From an uncultured Smithella sp. (GTDB taxonomy: Bacteria > Desulfobacterota > Syntrophia > Syntrophales > Smithellaceae), in contig CAZVGQ010000001.1 of NCBI GenBank assembly GCA_964626775.1, positions 1 through 40,117 on the forward strand: a stretch of DNA of 40,117 nt, given 5' to 3'. Positions 34,446 through 40,117 of the stretch are shown here, in pieces; position 1 is the stretch's first letter, and each line of letters opens with the position of its first letter. The notes under the pieces were generated by a model that saw nothing but the letters and a program-made list of their open reading frames with translations, had not been told where the DNA came from and made no database searches. Made by a program: the position numbers and the translations under genes.

Positions 34446-36370
34446 ATATCCATCAGCATCAGCTTGTCGCCGATATCCACGGACGAACCGGGGGACGCAA
34501 AGATTTCCGAGACCTTGCCGTCCACGTCCGCCAGGATGTTGGTGAGCATTTTCATGGCTTCCAGGACGACCAGCGTGTCGCCGACGCCGACCTCGTCGCC
34601 CACCGCCACGGGAATCTGGTTGACGACGCCCTTCAGGGTTGCGCGGATATCGCCCATTCTGGCCAGCGCCTCGATTTCCTTGGCGGAAAGCGCCACGGGA
34701 GTTTTTGGCTTTTCTCCCTCGCTGTCGGCCGGTGTGACGACGGGTTCGGGATGGTAATCAATTCCCAGATGCGTCATGTACGAGCCGTCCTTGGTGCGGC
34801 GGGAAGGGCCGATTTCAATGGTGTGCAATTTGCCGGTGGCGTCGGGGAATTCAAATTTGTCGCCGATGCTGAATCCGCCGCGGCGGAACCACACGTTGGG
34901 CGGCAGCACCCATGTCTTGCCGAACTTTTCCTCAAACTTGAAAAAGCCCACCGCGTCATTGGGATGCTGCAGATACAACACCAGCTCGTCGTCGTCGGCC
35001 TTCCGGCCGATCGCGTGCTCCAGGATTCGTTTTTCAACGTCCAGATCGACGTCTTCGATTTTCTGGTAGCCGGCTTCCCTTCTTACGATTTTTCTCCAGT
35101 CTCCGCCGAAGACCGCTTCATAAATCTCCGGCGCCGGCTTGTAAAACGGGAACTTGCCGTAGCGCTCCAGAAGCAGATTTTTCAAATCGTCGCTGGCGTC
35201 CCGGTAGCGCGCTCCCTTTACGACATTGTTGGCGGCCGTGGTCCACAGGATCTGTGAACCGGGAGTGACGCTCCAGAAGTTGCCCAGTTCGACCTGCACA
35301 CGGGGCAGTTCGTTTTGCAGAATATCCGGCATGCGGTCCAGAAAGCCGCCCTTTTGCGCCTGTTCGAAGCTGGACCCCGTCGCACCGCCGGGCAGCTTGT
35401 GGGTTTGCACCGTCGGGTCGAATCCGAAAAACTGCGATTCGAAATCACGGTAATAGGGTCGTTCGCGCCGCAGTTTGTTGGACGCGTCGATGACGGCCTG
35501 TTTGTCCAGCCCGACGGCGGGAAAGCCGTAATCTTCCAGTGTGTTCACCACCGTCAACAGCGGCGGCGGCCCGTAGAAGCCGGTCAGCGCATGGTCGCTC
35601 GCATCCACGATTTTCGCGCCGTTTTGCACGGCGGCCACGATGCGGCCGATTTCGTTGCCGTCGGTGTTGTGTCCGTGGTAGTGAATCAGCAGATCGGGAT
35701 ACTTCTGCACGATGGCGCGCACCAGCTCGCCGATTTGCCGGGGGGATCCCAGCCCTCCGTGATTTTTAATGGCCAACAAAATATCCGGACCGGTCACGTC
35801 CAGAATTTCACCGATTTTCCGAATGTAGAACCGATGGGTATGCTCCGGCCCCGTCGAGAAGCAGACGGCCGCTTCGAGAATACGCCCCGCTTTTTTGACT
35901 TCTTCATAAACGGGGATCATGTTGGGGATGTAGTTTAAAAAGTCGAACACCCGCCAGACATGGACACGGCGGGCAAACGCTTCCACCGTCAGACGGATGA
36001 TGTTTTCCGGATACGGGCGGTAGCCGAACAGATTGATGCCGCGGCACAGGGTCTGGAATAGCGTGTCGGGCATCAGTCCCGCGAGCACGTCCAGTTTTTC
36101 CAGCGGATTCATCTGCCGGCGCAGCAGATCGACGTGCACCGACGCGCCGCCCGTGATTTCCAGGGAGAAGTATCCGGCCGCGTTGCGCTCCGGGGCGACG
36201 AGCATCTGTGTGTGGGGCATGATCCGGTTTTTAAAGTCCGACTGCGAAAGGTCCCTCTCGGTATTGGTGAGGTAGTATCCTTTTTGTCCGCGCATTTTGT
36301 CCAGAATGGATTTAACCCCGTCGCTTTGAAGATCCCGGGGGGTGATCCGTCCTTCCGGCCAGCTTTTCAT
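34442..36370 (-). CDS. biotin-dependent carboxylase, carboxyltransferase plus biotin-carrier subunit (PycB/OadA-like, divergent)
   Basis: An HMGL-like TIM-barrel region colinear with PycB (…QTLCRGINLFGY…WRVFDFLNY…HYHGHNTDG…). The C-terminal biotinyl domain carries the EAMKM motif (VVLEAMKMLTNI). Confidence 0.8.
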   Translation of the reverse strand: MKSWPEGRITPRDLQSDGVKSILDKMRGQKGYYLTNTERDLSQSDFKNRIMPHTQMLVAPERNAAGYFSLEITGGASVHVDLLRRQMNPLEKLDVLAGLMPDTLFQTLCRGINLFGYRPYPENIIRLTVEAFARRVHVWRVFDFLNYIPNMIPVYEEVKKAGRILEAAVCFSTGPEHTHRFYIRKIGEILDVTGPDILLAIKNHGGLGSPRQIGELVRAIVQKYPDLLIHYHGHNTDGNEIGRIVAAVQNGAKIVDASDHALTGFYGPPPLLTVVNTLEDYGFPAVGLDKQAVIDASNKLRRERPYYRDFESQFFGFDPTVQTHKLPGGATGSSFEQAQKGGFLDRMPDILQNELPRVQVELGNFWSVTPGSQILWTTAANNVVKGARYRDASDDLKNLLLERYGKFPFYKPAPEIYEAVFGGDWRKIVRREAGYQKIEDVDLDVEKRILEHAIGRKADDDELVLYLQHPNDAVGFFKFEEKFGKTWVLPPNVWFRRGGFSIGDKFEFPDATGKLHTIEIGPSRRTKDGSYMTHLGIDYHPEPVVTPADSEGEKPKTPVALSAKEIEALARMGDIRATLKGVVNQIPVAVGDEVGVGDTLVVLEAMKMLTNILADVDGKVSEIFASPGSSVDIGDKLMLMDI

Positions 36371-36403
36371 AACAGTTTCTCCTTCATGGTGTGGTTCGGT
36401 CCG

Positions 36404-37852
36404 CTAAAAGGCATAGGGATTTATTTTTTTCGAGTGAATCTCCGCGATCAGCCGGGACAGCTTGGCGATTTCCCGTTCGGTGTCGGGATAGTCAAAGATT
36501 TCGGAATGTTCATCGAGATAGCCGGTCGTAAATTGACCCTTGCGAAAGTCCGGCTCATCGCAGATGGACAGATAAAACGGGATCGTCGTTTTCGGACCGA
36601 CAATCAAAAAGTCGTGGAGCGCGCGCTTCAGGCGCTGAATGGTCTGCTCCCAGGAATAGCCGCGCACGGTGAGTTTGACCAGGAGCGAATCGTAATCGGT
36701 GGGAATTTTGTAGCCCTGATACACGATGCCGTCGAGACGGATTTCCGGGCCGCCGGGCGACTGATACACCTCGACGCGCTTGCCGCCTTCCGGCATGAAG
36801 TTGTTTTTGGGGTCTTCGGCGTTGATGCGGACCTGAATGGCTTTGCCGACCAGATGGATCCGTTCCTCCGGAATGTCCAGCGTCTCGCCTTCGGCCATCA
36901 GAATCTGCTGGCGGATGATGTCGATGCCCGTGAGGATTTCCGTGACGGTGTGCTCCACCTGCAGGCGGGTGTTGACCTCCATAAACCAGAATTCGTTGGT
37001 TTTCGGATCCACCAGAAATTCCACCGTGCCGGCATTGACGTACCCCGCTTCACTGGCCGCCCGAATGGCCGTCTGGTGCATGGCGTCAAGCACGCTTTTC
37101 GGCAGGTCGGCCGGTGCGATTTCCAGCAGCTTCTGGTGGCGGCGCTGAATGGAGCAGTCGCGCGTGCCCAGATGCATCGCATGGCCGTAGGCATCGGCCA
37201 GAATCTGCACTTCGACGTGGCGGGGCGACTCGACGCATTTTTCGATGTAAATGCGGTCGTCGTTGAAGGCGGAGCGCGCTTCGGAGCGAGCTTGCGGCAG
37301 TTGGGCGCGGAGGTCTTCTTCGCCGGCAATTTTGCGAATGCCGCGTCCGCCGCCGCCGGCCAGCGCTTTGAGCATGATCGGATAGCCGTGCGTTTTGCCG
37401 AAGGCCACGGCCTCCGAAAGGCCCGCATCGCCCGCGGAAAGCGTGCCGGTTCCCGGAATAAAGGGGATGGAGGCTTTTTTCATGATGTCGCGGGCGACGA
37501 CCTTATTACCCAGATCACGAATGACCCGGGGGGGAGGTCCGATAAACGTGATTCCCGCATCGACGCAGGCCTGGGCCAGATCAGGATTTTCCGACAAAAA
37601 ACCGTAGCCCGGGTGAATGGCGTCCGCTCCGGCTTTTTGCGCTGCTCCGATGATTTTGTCAATATTCAGGTAATCCCTGCGCGGCCCGTCTCCGATCAGA
37701 ATGGCCTGATCGGCAAATCGCAGAAAATACGCTTCGCTGTCCGGTTTTTCATAAACCGCGACGGTGGAAAGCCCCATTTCCTTGGCGGTGCGGATAATGC
37801 GCAAAGCGATTTCCCCCCGGTTGGCCACCAGTAATTTTTGGATTTTTTTCAT
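36404..37852 (-). CDS. biotin carboxylase subunit (AccC/PycA-type)
   Basis: KLLVANRGEIALRIIRTAKEMG, HPGYGFLSEN, KALAGGGGRGIR and FMEVNTRLQVEHTVTE. ATG 37852 follows AAGGAAGAAAGGG. Confidence 0.92.
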   Translation of the reverse strand: MKKIQKLLVANRGEIALRIIRTAKEMGLSTVAVYEKPDSEAYFLRFADQAILIGDGPRRDYLNIDKIIGAAQKAGADAIHPGYGFLSENPDLAQACVDAGITFIGPPPRVIRDLGNKVVARDIMKKASIPFIPGTGTLSAGDAGLSEAVAFGKTHGYPIMLKALAGGGGRGIRKIAGEEDLRAQLPQARSEARSAFNDDRIYIEKCVESPRHVEVQILADAYGHAMHLGTRDCSIQRRHQKLLEIAPADLPKSVLDAMHQTAIRAASEAGYVNAGTVEFLVDPKTNEFWFMEVNTRLQVEHTVTEILTGIDIIRQQILMAEGETLDIPEERIHLVGKAIQVRINAEDPKNNFMPEGGKRVEVYQSPGGPEIRLDGIVYQGYKIPTDYDSLLVKLTVRGYSWEQTIQRLKRALHDFLIVGPKTTIPFYLSICDEPDFRKGQFTTGYLDEHSEIFDYPDTEREIAKLSRLIAEIHSKKINPYAF

Positions 37853-38006
37853 AAACGCCCTTTCTTCCTTAGTTGAGATGACGCCTCTGTATGTAGGGGT
37901 TATACTTGCCCCGCCCAAGGCCTGTCAAGCACAGAGTCTTGCAATGATTATTTGATTATTTTGATGAAATATTTTATCGTGTCGCACGTTTATTGAGGGC
38001 GTTCTT

Positions 38007-39905
38007 ATGAAAGACAGCACGATGAAGGGTTTTTTCGACTATCGCAGCAAGGTGATCGGGACGGATCAGGTGCTGGAAAAGCTGAAGCCCGGGCAGAAGA
38101 TATTTTTAACCAGCGGCGTTGCGGCGCCGGGGAAAGTACTGACGGCGCTGGCCCGGTCGGACGCGAAGAATCTGCGCGACCTGGAGATCATTCAGCTGAT
38201 TACGCTGCGCAAATACCTGTCTCACCAGAGCTCCGATCAGTACCGGCTTAAAACATTCAATGTCGGAGAAAGCATCAGCAAGGAAGTCGCCGAGGGCCGG
38301 GTCGATTTCATCCCCGCCAACCTGATGGAGCTGCCGTACATTTTTTTAAGCGGCGCGGTGGCGGTGGACGTCGCGATCATTCAGACGTCCGTGCCGGACG
38401 AAAGGGGCTTCATGTCCCTGGGCGTCGCGGTGGACGTGGCCAATATCGTCATCAAGCAAGCCGCGCTGGTGATTGCGGAAATCAATCCGAACATGCCGGT
38501 GACGCTGGGCGAAACGACCATCCACATCAGCAGCATTGACTATGTCGTCGAAAGCGATCTGCCGCTGGTCGAGCGGATCAACCGGCCCTACGACGAGATT
38601 ACGGACCGCATCGGGTGGAATATTTCCAACCTGATCGACGACGGGGCGACCGTCGTGCTGCACGTGGGCAGATTGTTCAACGCCGTGGCCGATCACCTGA
38701 AGCAAAAACGCAACCTCGGCATCGTGACGCATGTGGTTTCCGACTGGGCGATGGACCTGATTGAATCCGGCGCCATCTCGCTTGACCGCAGCCGGTTCAA
38801 CGGCGGACTGATTACCGCCAGCTATTGCTACGGCAGCAAAGCGCTCTACCGGTACGTTCACCGCAACCCCATCTTTGAATTCTATCCGATCGCGAGGCTC
38901 AACAATCCTTTCGTGGTGCGCCGGATCAAAAGCCTCATCGGCATCATGAACGTGAAAAAGATAGACATTTCCGGCGAATCGGTCATCTTCCATTCCGGCG
39001 ACAACCTGCTGACCGGCTACGAAAGCAAGCTAAACTTCGCCGTCGGCGCGACGATGACCCGAAGAGGCAAGGCGATTGTGGCGCTCAATTCCGTGGATAC
39101 GGAGGGAAACAGCAATATCGTCATTCGGTTTGACGGCCGGACCGACAACACCCACAGCACGCTTGGTGTCGTGAAATACATCGTCACCGAATACGGCGTG
39201 GCCAATCTTTTCGGAAAGTCCATTCGGGAAAGGGCGCTGGCCATGATCGACATCGCCCACCCGGACCATCGCGAAGACCTGCTTAGGCAGGCCAAGGCGC
39301 TCAATTATGTCTATGCGGACCAGATTTATGTCGCCCGCCACGCAGCCAACTATCCGGCACTGCTGGAAACGCGCAAATCCCTGAAAGACGGTCTGGAAAT
39401 CAAGGTTCGTCCGATCAAGCCCTCCGATGAGGACAAGATGCGGCGGCTGTTTTACAACTTCTCCGATGAATCGAAATATTTCCGTTATTTTGCCCCGAAG
39501 CCGGTCATGCCCCACAAGGAAATGCAGACCTATGTGAGCATTGATTATGATGAGGTTCTGTCCGTGGTGGCCGTCGCGGAAAAAGGGCGGAATGAAAGAA
39601 TTATCGCGGAAGCCCGTTATGCGTATGACAAAAGAGCCGGCGCGTATGAGATTGCGTTCATTGTCGATGAGGACTTTCAGGGAAAGGGCGTGGCCACCTT
39701 TTTGTTTAAGTATCTGATCAAAATCGCGCGTGACCGGGGAATTCAATGGTTTGTCGCCTATGTGTTGCCGCGCAATGAATCCATGATGAAGGTCTTTGAA
39801 AAATCAAAATTGCCCATTCAGAAATCCTATGATGCAGACGCGCTGGTTTTGCGTTTTGATCTGGCGCAGGAGGTTGCACAGACGGATGCGGCCGCAAAAC
39901 AATAG
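38007..39905 (+). CDS. fusion protein: acetyl-CoA hydrolase/transferase-like domain (degenerate motifs) plus C-terminal GNAT acetyltransferase (Pat-like)
   Basis: Residues 1-~440 are colinear with the CoA-transferase at 10951-12246 (e.g. YIVTEYGVANLFGKSIRERA). Residues ~463-620 form a GNAT domain with the acetyl-CoA loop FQGKGVATFLF. GAGGG lies 7 nt upstream of the ATG. Confidence 0.85.
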   Translation: MKDSTMKGFFDYRSKVIGTDQVLEKLKPGQKIFLTSGVAAPGKVLTALARSDAKNLRDLEIIQLITLRKYLSHQSSDQYRLKTFNVGESISKEVAEGRVDFIPANLMELPYIFLSGAVAVDVAIIQTSVPDERGFMSLGVAVDVANIVIKQAALVIAEINPNMPVTLGETTIHISSIDYVVESDLPLVERINRPYDEITDRIGWNISNLIDDGATVVLHVGRLFNAVADHLKQKRNLGIVTHVVSDWAMDLIESGAISLDRSRFNGGLITASYCYGSKALYRYVHRNPIFEFYPIARLNNPFVVRRIKSLIGIMNVKKIDISGESVIFHSGDNLLTGYESKLNFAVGATMTRRGKAIVALNSVDTEGNSNIVIRFDGRTDNTHSTLGVVKYIVTEYGVANLFGKSIRERALAMIDIAHPDHREDLLRQAKALNYVYADQIYVARHAANYPALLETRKSLKDGLEIKVRPIKPSDEDKMRRLFYNFSDESKYFRYFAPKPVMPHKEMQTYVSIDYDEVLSVVAVAEKGRNERIIAEARYAYDKRAGAYEIAFIVDEDFQGKGVATFLFKYLIKIARDRGIQWFVAYVLPRNESMMKVFEKSKLPIQKSYDADALVLRFDLAQEVAQTDAAAKQ

Positions 39906-40062
39906 GCGCGGCTTCGCATAATTCAGTCTTGCCATAACCACCGGATTGTGGAATACTTCCGCGCGAATCCGGACGATTCATGAAGCATTACGGGCTTTTG
40001 GTTTTGCCGGATGGTAAAATAACATCAACCATATCAATCATATCAAGGGAGGTAGCAGGATT

Positions 40063-40117
40063 ATGTCAAATGCAGTCATTGTCAGCGGTGTGCGCACGGC
40101 GGTTGGAGCCTTCGGCG
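40063..40117 (+). CDS. thiolase (acetyl-CoA acetyltransferase), 5' fragment running off the right edge
   Basis: MSNAVIVSGVRTAVGAFG is a canonical thiolase N-terminus. GGGAGG lies upstream of ATG 40063. Confidence 0.7.
   Translation, partial: MSNAVIVSGVRTAVGAFG

Noticed and set aside
36134-37834. A 566-aa ORF on the plus strand, antisense to the biotin carboxylase gene.
   Set aside because: It is a shadow ORF, because the opposite strand encodes a textbook biotin carboxylase. The same reasoning applies to 133-972, 1705-2931, 3259-4392, 5395-5952, 22175-23197, 39030-39746 and the other overlapping ORFs in the track.
1-40117. A search of the whole window for CRISPR arrays, IS elements or transposases, integrases, tRNA or rRNA genes, toxin-antitoxin pairs and defence-system genes.
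   Set aside because: I saw no regularly spaced direct repeats, no terminal inverted repeats flanking an ORF, no cloverleaf-like or rRNA-like segments and no small paired ORFs. All long ORFs are accounted for by metabolic, transport or housekeeping functions. This was checked by eye only, so tRNAscan, Infernal and ISfinder searches would be needed for certainty.

Overview
This 40.1-kb chromosomal segment has moderately GC-rich coding DNA and short AT-rich intergenic islands. It is packed with anaerobic carboxylic-acid and acyl-CoA metabolism genes. I call 32 CDS (two truncated at the window edges) and one pseudogene. I found no rRNA, tRNA, CRISPR array, transposase, integrase or phage-like gene.

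Layout:
- 169-6051 (-): an aldehyde:ferredoxin oxidoreductase fused to an Fe-type alcohol dehydrogenase, then 4-hydroxybutyryl-CoA dehydratase (abfD) and a thiolase.
- 6438-16897 (-): a ten-gene apparent operon. It encodes a solute-binding protein, LivHMGF-type ABC transporter components, a 4-hydroxybutyrate-type CoA-transferase, a second solute-binding protein and three different serine hydrolases.
- 17167-18423 (-): a PAS-PAS-LuxR regulator with a consensus sigma70 promoter.
- 18688-19935 (-): a solute-binding-protein paralog interrupted by one in-frame TAA.
- 19936-20681: a 745-bp non-coding leader containing an orphan intrinsic terminator.
- 20682-28149 (+): a second LivHMGF-type transporter, two tandem family III CoA-transferases and a solute-binding protein.
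- 28316-40117: enoyl-CoA hydratase, cstA, a UPF0316 membrane protein, an M23 peptidase, a universal stress protein, a DapB-family reductase, a two-subunit biotin carboxylase with a divergent carboxyltransferase subunit, a CoA-transferase-like/GNAT fusion, and the start of another thiolase.

The gene content (W/Mo-pterin AOR, oxygen-sensitive AbfD, CoA-transferases in place of ligases) suggests a strict anaerobe such as a syntrophic or sulfate-reducing deltaproteobacterium. That is inference only.

The most interesting candidates are the AOR-ADH fusion beside abfD, the transporter/CoA-transferase/triple-hydrolase operon, the catalytic plus non-catalytic family III CoA-transferase pair, the degenerate CoA-transferase domain fused to a Pat-type GNAT, the divergent carboxyltransferase, and the terminator-containing leader.

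All functional calls come from motif recognition by eye and from comparing paralogs within the window. No database search was run.
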